Shown here: piece by piece, positions 10,574 through 20,318 of the stretch
Position numbering within the stretch: the first letter of the stretch is position 1
How the letters are laid out: every line of letters begins with the position of its first letter
Assembly: GCA_030765335.1 (NCBI GenBank)
Contig: JAVCCU010000008.1
Location: forward strand, 3-64,002
Reading direction: 5' to 3'
DNA from: Candidatus Kaelpia aquatica
Lineage (GTDB): Bacteria; Omnitrophota; Gorgyraeia; Kaelpiales; Kaelpiaceae
DNA length: 64,000 nt
The notes under the pieces: model-generated
Databases searched by the model: none
The model's input: only the letters and a program-made list of their open reading frames with translations
What the model was told of the DNA's origin: nothing
Program-made: the position numbers and the translations under genes

Positions 10574-10605
10574 TGAAATTGGCCCCAATGAAATACTCAT
10601 TGAAT

Positions 10606-10634
10606 TTGCTGCAACCAATTAAACATGTTATACT
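10606..10634 (+). promoter_or_regulatory. Sigma70-type promoter for the 10655 kinase-like gene
   Basis: TTGCTG-N17-TATACT with extended -10 TG. Confidence 0.45.
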
Positions 10635-10654
10635 TATAATATAGGGGCTGACTT

Positions 10655-11377
10655 ATGATAAAGACTCTCAAAAAATATATAGTTATTGCAATATATTCTT
10701 TTTTTATCTGTAATTGTATTATTATTCAAGAAGAAAACAATATCACAAGAAGAACCCGCAATCCGTTAAATGTCCAAGCTGAAGATTTAACTGATTCTCG
10801 GTTTTACAATAAACAGGCTCTCATAGAGGTGCTTAACCTAATCGCATCCCGCTTAGATAGTCATAAGCCTCTTATTATACTTATAGATGGCGATTCCCGC
10901 TCCGGGAAAACAACTTTAGCCAGAGACATAGAAAATTTCTTCAGTTCATCCATGATAAAATCTACAGCAATTCACATGGATCATTTTTTAACCATGGAAA
11001 CAATATCTCCAGAGTATATATCTTATGCAGAACAATTTGGATCAACTTTTAATTTTGACCCATTGACAGGGTTATACGATCACTGGGATTATTCTAAGGC
11101 AGCAGAAGCAGTACATAGTGCAATATCAACAGGAGAAGAAGATATTGTTATATTAGAAGGTCTAAACTCTGGCTATATTGCAATGCTAGGCCTTGTAGAA
11201 TTTGGTTTAAAGATTCATGTCCGCGCAAATCAGCAGACTAGAGAACACATATACATGCTTACCTTTCCTCACAATAGAGACCATATGAACAGCTATCTTT
11301 CTAACTATAGCACGCGATACGACATATCGGATATCGATTATGATTTAATTATACAGAACAACAAGGCTGACATATAA
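10655..11377 (+). CDS. P-loop kinase (uridine kinase-like) with N-terminal signal/anchor sequence
   Basis: IDGDSRSGKTT Walker A, IHMDHF, VILEG; basic then hydrophobic N-terminus followed by Cys residues. Confidence 0.6.
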   Translation: MIKTLKKYIVIAIYSFFICNCIIIQEENNITRRTRNPLNVQAEDLTDSRFYNKQALIEVLNLIASRLDSHKPLIILIDGDSRSGKTTLARDIENFFSSSMIKSTAIHMDHFLTMETISPEYISYAEQFGSTFNFDPLTGLYDHWDYSKAAEAVHSAISTGEEDIVILEGLNSGYIAMLGLVEFGLKIHVRANQQTREHIYMLTFPHNRDHMNSYLSNYSTRYDISDIDYDLIIQNNKADI

Positions 11378-11460
11378 ACAACGTGCTATTTATCTCTCTA
11401 AATTAAACAGATATCAGTTCTTCGCTAAGAACAAAATAAAAACTGCAGAGCTTAATAAAT

Positions 11461-11485
11461 ACACAGAGAGACTTTCTCTCTGTGT
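11461..11485. terminator. Probable bidirectional intrinsic terminator
   Basis: Perfect hairpin ACACAGAGAGA-CTT-TCTCTCTGTGT between convergent genes. Confidence 0.7.
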
Positions 11486-11517
11486 TATATGAAACATTCC
11501 CTGCCTATTTGGACAGA

Positions 11518-13089
11518 TTAAATAGGAGTTCTCTCTTCAGTCACAACAAGATCTAAGAAATTTCTAAGCTTTCTCGATCTTACAGGATGGCGAAGTTTTC
11601 TCAACGCCTTAGCTTCAATCTGACGTATTCTCTCTCTAGTAACTTTAAACATCTTACCAACCTCTTCCAGAGTTCTAGGGCAACCATCACCTACTCCAAA
11701 TCTATACTGTAAGACAGATTTTTCACGCTCTGTAAGAGAGCTTAACACTCCATCCAGCTGCTCCTTAAGCATTGAATATGCCGTTGCATTAGCAGGAGAG
11801 ATAGCCTTCTTATCCTCGATAAAATCTCCAAAATGCGTATCTCCTTCATCTCCAATGGGAGTCTGAAGTGATATTGGAGTCTGAGCTATCTTCATTATAT
11901 TTTTAACCTTATCAATCGGTAACTCTAGCTCTTTAGAGAGCTCTTCAGGGTTTGGTTCTCTGCCTTGAGTCTGGACAAAATTTCTTGAAACCCTGACAAG
12001 TTTATTAATAGTCTCTGTCATGTGAACCGGTATTCTTATAGTACGGGACTGATCAGCTATAGCACGTGTAATAGCTTGACGAATCCACCAAGTAGCATAG
12101 GTAGAGAACTTATATCCTCTCCTATACTCAAACTTCTCAACAGCCTTCATAAGCCCTATATTTCCTTCTTGGATAAGATCTAAGAAAGAGAGACCTTTAT
12201 TCGTATACTTCTTTGCAATACTTACAACAAGCCTCAAGTTGGCCTCTATGAGCTTACGCTGAGCCTCAATATAATAAATTTCTTTCCTTCTGATATCGTT
12301 AAGGCGCCTCTTTATCATCTCCTTAGACTCGACAAAAAGAAGCTCTACTTTTTTAATCTCTCTCTTTAGATTAGATACTTCTTCCCGTCTCTTTTTAATC
12401 TTTCTAAGTTTCTCAACCTGCTTTATCTTCCTTTGAGATTTATCTATTATGCGCACATAAAATTTGATTGAGTTCTCCATCCATTCCAGAGATTTACCCG
12501 TAAACTCAAACTCTTTCAAAATTTGGTATATAGTGTCTTCATTCCTAGAAAGTTTAAGACGTCTAAGCAGCTTCTTAACCTTATTTATATTTTTCTCACG
12601 AGGGCTGGATTCATCCTCATTAATATAATCGTCAAAATTCAACCCCTCATCTAAAACCCGCTGAGTAATATCTAGGGCAACATTCTTCGCTATCTTGCAC
12701 TTATATATCTCCTCTTTATAAATCTCTTTTTTCTCCTCTATATTTTTTGCAATCTCAACCTCTTGTTCGCGTGTAAGAAGCGGGACTTGACCCATCTGTT
12801 TTAAGTAAAGTCTTACCGGATCTTCAATGTGAACCGCAGGAGCTGCATCTTTATCCTGATCCGGAAGCTCATTAAACTCAACAGACTCCTCTTCCTCACT
12901 ATCCTTTTTAGACGCATCCACTATCTTAATATTTTCATTACCTAATATTGTAAGTATATCATCGATCTCATCCGACGATATGATGTCACCAGGAATCATG
13001 CTGTTAACTTCTTCATAAGTAAGGAAGCCTTTATCTTTACCCAACAATATAAGCTTAGCTAAGCTCTTCTCTTTAAACTTACCGACCAT
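11518..13089 (-). CDS. rpoD: RNA polymerase primary sigma factor RpoD
   Basis: [65 protein letters not shown]. Confidence 0.98.
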   Translation of the reverse strand: MVGKFKEKSLAKLILLGKDKGFLTYEEVNSMIPGDIISSDEIDDILTILGNENIKIVDASKKDSEEEESVEFNELPDQDKDAAPAVHIEDPVRLYLKQMGQVPLLTREQEVEIAKNIEEKKEIYKEEIYKCKIAKNVALDITQRVLDEGLNFDDYINEDESSPREKNINKVKKLLRRLKLSRNEDTIYQILKEFEFTGKSLEWMENSIKFYVRIIDKSQRKIKQVEKLRKIKKRREEVSNLKREIKKVELLFVESKEMIKRRLNDIRRKEIYYIEAQRKLIEANLRLVVSIAKKYTNKGLSFLDLIQEGNIGLMKAVEKFEYRRGYKFSTYATWWIRQAITRAIADQSRTIRIPVHMTETINKLVRVSRNFVQTQGREPNPEELSKELELPIDKVKNIMKIAQTPISLQTPIGDEGDTHFGDFIEDKKAISPANATAYSMLKEQLDGVLSSLTEREKSVLQYRFGVGDGCPRTLEEVGKMFKVTRERIRQIEAKALRKLRHPVRSRKLRNFLDLVVTEERTPI

Positions 13090-13101
13090 AATAATAGCCT
13101 C

Positions 13102-14847
13102 CTATATTTCTATTTCTTTTTTCTTAATATCGTTCAATTCCCTGAACAACGTATCCAGCCTCTTGTTGTCCGAACCTTGCTGTGCTTTTTTAATCTCCTG
13201 TTCCAGGAAATTGCAATAACTCTTTATTTTCTGAATTTTAAGATTAACAATACATTGATTTAAATGTTCTTGAAAAACATCCTCTGACAACTCTACGTCT
13301 TCAGCCATAATCTCAGCCAAAATCCGCGCCTCTTCTTCTGCCACTACATTAAGCAGATTGGCCAGCTTCAATTTATCGCTATCTGGATAGGTATCGTATA
13401 TTACCTTGACCAAGCTCTGAATCTCATCCGTTATAAACTCCTCAGGCTCTAGAGCTCCTTTAATCTCAGGAATAACCTCGCTGTTATTCAGCATAATATA
13501 AACAAGTGAAGCCTCAACAGAGGAATAGCTCTTCTGACGCAGAGCCTTCTCTTTAAAAACATCTTTTTTGATTCTGCCGGACTTAGTATTAAACTCATCC
13601 CAGAGAATCTTCTCTTCAAAGCCCATCTTATTAGAAAGCTCTTTAATATACTCTGCTCTTATCAGGTGATTTCCGACTTTTTCAAGAGAGGCAAACATCT
13701 CATGCACAATTTTTATTCTGGAATCCAAAGATTCCACACCGTAAATATTTCTTAAAACATCTAGCTTGTAATCAAATACCCCTCTCTTCTTAGCTAATAA
13801 TTTTAAAAACTCTTCTTTTCCCTTCTCTTTAATAAAGCTGTCAGGATCATAGCCTTTAGGAAGCATAACCGCATTGGCTTTAATCCCTGACTCAAATACA
13901 ATATCCAATCCTCTTAGAGATGCCACCTGACCTGACTCATCACCATCATAGACAACGACCACCTCATCGCTATATCTCTTCAAGAACCTGACCTGGTCTT
14001 GGGTCAATGCGGTACCTAAAGAGGCTACTACATTCTTTATCCCAGCCTGATAAAGCATAATCATATCCAGATAGCCTTCAACAATAATAGCGGTTTTTTC
14101 TCTTTTTATATCCGACAATGTTACATCCACTCCATAGAGCGTCTTCCCTTTTTGATAAACTGGAGTTTGGGGTGAATTCAGATATTTCGGCATAGCTTTT
14201 GAAAACACTCTACCCCCAAAACCAATCACCTTTTTACTGTGGTCTATTATAGGGAAAATCAGTCTATCCCTAAAGATATCATAGAAGCCCTTGTCATCCT
14301 TAGCTTTAACTACAAGACCCGCCTTAATTAAGAACTCATTATTGTAGCCCTCACCTTTAAGCTGTTTACTTAAAGAGTCCCAGTTCGGAGGCGCATAACC
14401 GAGATTAAAAAGTTTTACGATCTCCTCTTCTAATCCCCGGCTCTTTATATAGTCTCTACAGTTCTTTCCTAGAGATGAAAAGAGAGATTTAGTATAAAAC
14501 CTGGCTACTTTTTGATTCAAATCCAAAAATGTACTAAAGTCTACCTCTCTCTTCTGATCCGGAATATCAATACCTACCATAGAAGCCACATAGTTGACAG
14601 CTTCTATAAAAGACATGGTCTGATGTTTCATCAAAAAGTGAAAGACATTGCCACCCTCTCCGCAGCCAAAACAGTGAAATATCTGCTTCTGAGGAGAGAC
14701 GACAAAAGATGGTGTCTTCTCATGATGAAAAGGACAGAGCGCCTTAAAGTTCCCTCCGATCTTCTTGAGGTGGAGAAAAGAGTCTATCACCTCAACTATA
14801 TCAGCCTTATCTCTGATATCATTTATTATGTTTTCTGAAATAGCCAT
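13102..14847 (-). CDS. dnaG: DNA primase
   Basis: CPFHHEKTPSF..HCFGC zinc finger, KYLNSP, VEGYLD TOPRIM, YDGD. Confidence 0.97.
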   Translation of the reverse strand: MAISENIINDIRDKADIVEVIDSFLHLKKIGGNFKALCPFHHEKTPSFVVSPQKQIFHCFGCGEGGNVFHFLMKHQTMSFIEAVNYVASMVGIDIPDQKREVDFSTFLDLNQKVARFYTKSLFSSLGKNCRDYIKSRGLEEEIVKLFNLGYAPPNWDSLSKQLKGEGYNNEFLIKAGLVVKAKDDKGFYDIFRDRLIFPIIDHSKKVIGFGGRVFSKAMPKYLNSPQTPVYQKGKTLYGVDVTLSDIKREKTAIIVEGYLDMIMLYQAGIKNVVASLGTALTQDQVRFLKRYSDEVVVVYDGDESGQVASLRGLDIVFESGIKANAVMLPKGYDPDSFIKEKGKEEFLKLLAKKRGVFDYKLDVLRNIYGVESLDSRIKIVHEMFASLEKVGNHLIRAEYIKELSNKMGFEEKILWDEFNTKSGRIKKDVFKEKALRQKSYSSVEASLVYIMLNNSEVIPEIKGALEPEEFITDEIQSLVKVIYDTYPDSDKLKLANLLNVVAEEEARILAEIMAEDVELSEDVFQEHLNQCIVNLKIQKIKSYCNFLEQEIKKAQQGSDNKRLDTLFRELNDIKKKEIEI

Positions 14848-14848
14848 A

Positions 14849-15820
14849 CTACTTTTTCAACCTCCTGATTCTTTTAAATCCAGAGCACTCTATAAAGTTA
14901 AGCTTCTGCTTCTGCTCAACTTTATCAAAAAGAAGATTTAAACCCAGATTATCTGATGATATATGTCCTGCTATTATTGCGTTTAGATGCGCCTCTTTTA
15001 CTTTTTTGAGATGCTCCTCAGATAGATGCATGCATATTATTGTTGAGACACCACTGGCTGCAATCTTGCTGAAAACATCTTTTGATGTCTCTGTACCGCC
15101 TGTCATATCGACAAGTATCTTAGCAGCCTTGTTCTTCTTACTCCCAGCTACTATCCTAGGGCCTGCATTAATAGAGGCTGCATCCTGATACTCTTTAATT
15201 GTAAGAAGAATATCGATAGTATCACCTAAACTTTCGGGTTTCTTTTTATTTAAAAGAGCTCCCAAGTAAGAATTGACACAATTATCTGCGGCTGTATGAA
15301 TACTCATAAAAGGAATATTTAAAAGCTGTGCAAAAGCTACGCTTCTCATATGGTTAGCAGGCAAGAGCCGCCTAGATACCTCTGCAGCCCTATCAGCTAT
15401 TAAAGATTCGGCTATACTAGTTGCTACTCCAAGACTCGATAAAATATCAGAGTGTACGCTCATAACATCGGCTAAGTTAGCGAGCCCAATACCTTCAGGA
15501 TGATGAGATATAGCCAGATCTATCTTCTTGCCTTTCTCTCTCAATCTATCTGCCAAAAGAATTTCAGGACCCTCTACATCTATGCCTATTAAAACATTTT
15601 TAACCTCGGTTTCAAGATCGCCAAATAGTATTCTGGTATCACTAAAAGGGCTTCTTAACTTCTCAAGATCAAAATAGTCTTGCTCTTTCTTATCTATGCT
15701 CTGATACTCTTTTTCTCTCTCTTTGAGTATCTTAGTTACTTCAGATTTTCCCCGAGGGTCATTATCAATACCGATACGTATAACCTCTTCATAGAGCTTC
15801 TTCAACTTCATATCAAACAC
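14849..15820 (-). CDS. NIF3 (NGG1p-interacting factor)-like dinuclear metal protein
   Basis: ISHHPEG, HTAADN, CMH, AGHISSD metal-ligand motifs. Confidence 0.8.
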   Translation of the reverse strand: MFDMKLKKLYEEVIRIGIDNDPRGKSEVTKILKEREKEYQSIDKKEQDYFDLEKLRSPFSDTRILFGDLETEVKNVLIGIDVEGPEILLADRLREKGKKIDLAISHHPEGIGLANLADVMSVHSDILSSLGVATSIAESLIADRAAEVSRRLLPANHMRSVAFAQLLNIPFMSIHTAADNCVNSYLGALLNKKKPESLGDTIDILLTIKEYQDAASINAGPRIVAGSKKNKAAKILVDMTGGTETSKDVFSKIAASGVSTIICMHLSEEHLKKVKEAHLNAIIAGHISSDNLGLNLLFDKVEQKQKLNFIECSGFKRIRRLKK

Positions 15821-16310
15821 CTCCAGGTGTAATTAGTTGTAAAACTTTTGCAATAACACCATAGACTGCATTGGGTATAGGCAATATAAATTTATAAGTC
15901 ACGCTATCGGCAACCCATCTCCTAAAACCCCATAAGTTCAAATAGTAGAATGCTCTGGTAAATACACCCGTCCAAAGCAATCCAGATAAAAGCCCGATAA
16001 GGCCGGCTACTATCTCGGTGATACCCAAATTCGGCCTGATATCGAAAAATTTATCTATAAATATACCTAGCAATCTAAACACCAAAACCACTACTACTAC
16101 AGTAGCAACCATTCCCAGGCCATGCACTATATTAGTGTTAAATCTCTGGGCCAAATACTCATAAAAATTGCCCAATCTATAAAACATAAAGACCCCAACC
16201 CCAACTGATAAAAAGGCAAAGAGTGCTGGGAGTATACCCTTCTTCCTGCCTCTTATATATCCAATACCGCAGGCTATTCCTGCTATTAGATCTATAAATC
16301 CGAATTCCAG
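15813..16310 (-). CDS. cvpA: CvpA (colicin V production) family membrane protein, proposed CTG start
   Basis: IDL...GYIRGRKKG, four TM helices, GLIGLLSG; AGGAGG lies 9 nt before CTG at 16310. Confidence 0.7.
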   Translation of the reverse strand: MEFGFIDLIAGIACGIGYIRGRKKGILPALFAFLSVGVGVFMFYRLGNFYEYLAQRFNTNIVHGLGMVATVVVVVLVFRLLGIFIDKFFDIRPNLGITEIVAGLIGLLSGLLWTGVFTRAFYYLNLWGFRRWVADSVTYKFILPIPNAVYGVIAKVLQLITPGGV

Positions 16311-16341
16311 TTTTTTATTCCTCCTATTACCTTCTTTATAA

Positions 16342-16369
16342 AGTGTACCACACAATTAGACCTTGTCAA
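16342..16369 (-). promoter_or_regulatory. Sigma70 promoter for cvpA-nif3-dnaG-rpoD
   Basis: TTGACA-N16-TACACT with extended -10 TG. Confidence 0.65.
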
Positions 16370-16423
16370 ACTAGCTCAATATTTATTTTAATATATAACA
16401 AAAAATCATGTATACTTTATACT

Positions 16424-17149
16424 ATGCATACTTTATTAAGCAATGCTTTTAAAGCCTTGGAAGAAATAATTCAACCTAGATATTGTATCTTTTGTATGAA
16501 CAAAATTCCAGTAAAAGAGGTTCACTTTATATGTCAAGATTGTAAATCCAAAATCAAAAAGAACCCGCCTCCTTTCTGCAATAGATGCGGCAAGCATACA
16601 TATAGCAAACTATGCAGAGAATGCCTGCCTAAAGACACCGGAGATCACTTGAAGGCCTACTACCTATTTCAGTATAAAGGCCTCATCCAGGATGGTCTAC
16701 AGAAATTTAAATATAGGAGAGCACTAAGCCTGCTAAGCTATCTCTCTGAAGAGCTTGATCTCTTTTTAAAAGAAGAGATCTTGTCTTTTGAGAAAATAGA
16801 TTTCATAAGCTACGTACCGCTGCATCGCAGGAAGTTAAAAGAACGGGAATTCAACCAAGCAGAAATTTTAGCAAAGGCAATATCAAAGAGAGTAAATATA
16901 CCCCTCCTTAAAAAATTACTACTTAGAAAAATATACACCCCTCCACAAAGCAATCTATCTAAAGAAGAACGCAGAATAAATATAGAGAGTGCTTTTAAAG
17001 TAAACTTGAAGTATAAGAATACAATTAGGAACTCAAAAATTTTGCTAATCGATGATATAATTACAACTGGCTCAACTGCCGCCGAATGCATTAAAGAACT
17101 AGAGAGACTGGGTTCTAAAACAATAATCTTGGCAGCAGCAGGAGGATAG
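16424..17149 (+). CDS. comF: ComF family phosphoribosyltransferase-fold protein (start set at ATG 16424)
   Basis: Four CxxC pairs, VPLH...REFNQA, LLIDDIITTGST. Confidence 0.88.
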   Translation: MHTLLSNAFKALEEIIQPRYCIFCMNKIPVKEVHFICQDCKSKIKKNPPPFCNRCGKHTYSKLCRECLPKDTGDHLKAYYLFQYKGLIQDGLQKFKYRRALSLLSYLSEELDLFLKEEILSFEKIDFISYVPLHRRKLKEREFNQAEILAKAISKRVNIPLLKKLLLRKIYTPPQSNLSKEERRINIESAFKVNLKYKNTIRNSKILLIDDIITTGSTAAECIKELERLGSKTIILAAAGG

Positions 17150-17159
17150 AGAGAAATAT

Positions 17160-18257
17160 ATGAGACTTATTAGAAACTACTTTTTAAGAGACTGGATAAA
17201 CTCTTTCTTAATATCTCTAGGAATATTTACCCTGGTATTTTCAATAGGTAATTTGGTCAAACTTGTCGATCTAATAGTTAATAAAGGTGTAGACCCAAGA
17301 AGCATCCTCCAGCTGTTCCTTATGATGATCCCCTTTAGCCTGGTCTATACTCTTCCAATATCAACCCTCATAGCGACACTACTAATATTCGGAAGGGCAG
17401 CTGCAGATAACGAGATAGTGACATTGAAAGCAAGCGGAATATCGGCTAAAAAGATATCGGTACCATTTATTATTCTAGGAGTAGTCTTCTCTCTTGTATC
17501 TTTCACATTCATGGATAAACTCCTGCCTTTTACTCACTATAAGTCCCGGGAGATTGTATTCAATATTGGCAAAAAAAATCCTACCGCATACCTTGAGCCA
17601 GGCACTTTCATCAAAAGCTTTAAGAATCATATCATATTTTTCTACGACTTAAAGAAGAACGAGCTTAAAAATATAAGAATATACGTCAACGAAGAAGATA
17701 GACCTTTAAGAACTATAATAGCTCAGAAAGCAAAGATAACCGATATAGACGACAACGGCCTGACTTTAAGACTATATAATGGCAGCAGCGATGAAGTTGA
17801 TCCCAAAAGACCGGAGGAGTTCTATAAGTTGAACTTCAAAGAGTATATAATCCATTTAGATTTAGGAAAAGCAAACAGAGAGGGCACTATCGATAAGAAA
17901 CCTGAGGAATATACGATCAGAGAATTGAAGAACAATATCAGCAAGCTAACAGATGAAGGAGTAGATACGCTGCCGCTAAGTTCAGAATTATATAAAAGAT
18001 ATGCTCAGCCTTTTACCTGTCTGGCCTTCATATTAATAGGGCTGCCGCTCGGGATAAGAACCAATAGAAGAGAGAAGTCGGTGGGATTTGGAATAGGATT
18101 GATGATAATAATGCTCTACTATGTGCTATTTGTGGCATCAGAGACTCTAATATTAAACGGAACTATACCTGCTGAGATAGGGCACTGGATACCAACAGCG
18201 CTAATATTTATAGCCGGATTGATATTATACATCAATCTTGATGAGGTGAGAGGTTGA
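17160..18257 (+). CDS. lptF: LPS export permease LptF family
   Basis: 3+3 TM pattern, DNEIVTLKASGIS, periplasmic jellyroll; tandem with a paralog. Confidence 0.85.
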   Translation: MRLIRNYFLRDWINSFLISLGIFTLVFSIGNLVKLVDLIVNKGVDPRSILQLFLMMIPFSLVYTLPISTLIATLLIFGRAAADNEIVTLKASGISAKKISVPFIILGVVFSLVSFTFMDKLLPFTHYKSREIVFNIGKKNPTAYLEPGTFIKSFKNHIIFFYDLKKNELKNIRIYVNEEDRPLRTIIAQKAKITDIDDNGLTLRLYNGSSDEVDPKRPEEFYKLNFKEYIIHLDLGKANREGTIDKKPEEYTIRELKNNISKLTDEGVDTLPLSSELYKRYAQPFTCLAFILIGLPLGIRTNRREKSVGFGIGLMIIMLYYVLFVASETLILNGTIPAEIGHWIPTALIFIAGLILYINLDEVRG

Positions 18258-19336
18258 GAAAGATAGAACAATACATCTTTCAAAAGATCATAGCACCTTT
18301 TATATTCTGCTTCATACTAATATCCTCGATATATATAATAGTAGATCTCTCAACAAATTTAGAACATATCATAAGGAATCAAGTCCAGATTGATATAGTA
18401 GTTTTCTACTACCTTTACTCTTTGCCCAGAATAATATTTGAGATAACACCTATCTGCCTTTTGGTGGCAGCCATATATTCGCTGACAAAGATGAACAGAG
18501 CAAATGAAATAACAGCAATGAGAGCTGCAGGCATCAATTTCTTTACTATCCTAAAACCCTATTTTACAATTGCCATAATACTGGTCGTATTAATGTTCTT
18601 AAACCATGAAAAGATAATTCCCCACTCATATAAGAAATTAAAAGATATAGGCTACATCTTGGAGGGAAAGAAAAAACAGATGCTGCATAAAAATATCACA
18701 TTCTATGCCGAGGGAAACAGAATAGTATTTGCCAAAGAGTTCTACCCCGACGACAAACTCTTAAACGACGTTGTGATCCTAGAGCAGAATCTGGACAAGA
18801 GAGTGCTATATAAGATAACTGCAGAGAGCGCGCATTATAGAGACGGAAACTGGAGTCTTTACAATACAACAATATTTAAACTCAACCCTCAAGGTACAGG
18901 AGTAGAAGAAGCTATAACACTGACAAAGAAAGATTACGACTTAAAAGAAAACCCCGAAGAGATCCTGATGACAGATATGGAGTTAACATATCAACCCTTT
19001 AGGAGTTTGCTTAAAAAAATCTCTACATTTAAAGGAATATCGCGAGAGATCATAAAGAGACTTAGAGTCGAGCTCTACCATAAATTATCGTTTCCCTTTA
19101 CCAATATAATACTGCTTCTCTTTGGATTATTTGTAGGCCTCAATTCTAGGCAGGCCAGCATGATGAAAGGATTAGGAATAGCACTACTTATCGGTTTTAT
19201 CTATTATAGCTTAGATGCATTCGCATATTCTCTTGGCAAGATCGGACTCTTGCCTCCCCCCATAGCAGGGTTCTTTGCAAATATATTCTTTTTGACTATA
19301 GGGGGGTATCTATTAATAAAAACGATACGCTCTTAA
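18254..19336 (+). CDS. lptG: LPS export permease LptG family
   Basis: NEITAMRAAG, KLSFPF, same topology as lptF. Confidence 0.85.
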   Translation: MRKIEQYIFQKIIAPFIFCFILISSIYIIVDLSTNLEHIIRNQVQIDIVVFYYLYSLPRIIFEITPICLLVAAIYSLTKMNRANEITAMRAAGINFFTILKPYFTIAIILVVLMFLNHEKIIPHSYKKLKDIGYILEGKKKQMLHKNITFYAEGNRIVFAKEFYPDDKLLNDVVILEQNLDKRVLYKITAESAHYRDGNWSLYNTTIFKLNPQGTGVEEAITLTKKDYDLKENPEEILMTDMELTYQPFRSLLKKISTFKGISREIIKRLRVELYHKLSFPFTNIILLLFGLFVGLNSRQASMMKGLGIALLIGFIYYSLDAFAYSLGKIGLLPPPIAGFFANIFFLTIGGYLLIKTIRS

Positions 19337-19342
19337 GATAGA

Positions 19343-20311
19343 TTAGGTCAATATATGAATCAGCTCTTGAAGATATCTGAAGTCTTCTGATTTTTTAGAT
19401 ATAGCTTCTTTAAGCGGATAACTTATAGCTTTGTCATCCACCCATCCAATAGCTGAAGAGCTCTCTCCTCTTAAGAGTGCAGTCACAGCTTCTTTACCCA
19501 TGAGAGCCCCCAAGAACCTGTCAAAGGCTGATGGTGCTCCACCTCTTTGAGTATGACCTATAACAGTTATTCTAATATCAGATATCACAGAAGAGAGTTT
19601 CTTGGCTAAATCATCAACACTCCCTGCACCTTCAGCAACAATAACAATCCAGCTTTTCTTACCTTTCTCCCTTCCCTCTCTTATCTTCTCTGCTAAATCA
19701 TCTTCTACATCTGCTCCAGGTATTATTATATCTTCAGCACCTCCAGCCAAAGCAGAATAAACCGCAATGGAACCAGAGTCTCTTCCCATAACCTCAATAA
19801 GGAATATCCTGTCCATACTTGTTGCAGTATCTTTAATCTTATCTATCGCATCCATAGCAGTATTTAAAGCCGTATCAAAACCAAGTGTTCTCTGAGTGCC
19901 TTTAATATCATTATCTATTGTCCCTGGAATACCTACGACCGGAAGGTTAAACTCCTGATTCAAGCATAGAAGACCCTTAAAAGACCCATTTCCTCCTATT
20001 GATACAAGCGCATCAACGCCTTCCTGAGTTAGATTATTATAAACCTTAGCTCTATTGACTTTATCCAGGAACTCTTTTGAGCGCGCTGTCTTTAGAATAG
20101 TCCCTCCGCGGGATATTATATTGCTTACATCCCGAGGCCCTAGTATTCTAAAATCTCTCTCTATCAAACCTTTATAGCCATAACCAACACCAACGACGCT
20201 AATATTCTTAAAACTAGCAAACCGCACTACGCTCCTAATGGCACAGTTCATGCCTGGAGCATCTCCCCCTGATGTCAGTACAGCTATTTTTTTAATAACA
20301 TTATTTGCCAT
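19343..20311 (-). CDS. pfkA: 6-phosphofructokinase (ATP-dependent type)
   Basis: TSGGDAPGMN, GGNGS, PGTIDND, EVMGR, GHTQRGG. Confidence 0.96.
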   Translation of the reverse strand: MANNVIKKIAVLTSGGDAPGMNCAIRSVVRFASFKNISVVGVGYGYKGLIERDFRILGPRDVSNIISRGGTILKTARSKEFLDKVNRAKVYNNLTQEGVDALVSIGGNGSFKGLLCLNQEFNLPVVGIPGTIDNDIKGTQRTLGFDTALNTAMDAIDKIKDTATSMDRIFLIEVMGRDSGSIAVYSALAGGAEDIIIPGADVEDDLAEKIREGREKGKKSWIVIVAEGAGSVDDLAKKLSSVISDIRITVIGHTQRGGAPSAFDRFLGALMGKEAVTALLRGESSSAIGWVDDKAISYPLKEAISKKSEDFRYLQELIHILT

Positions 20312-20318
20312 ATTATTT

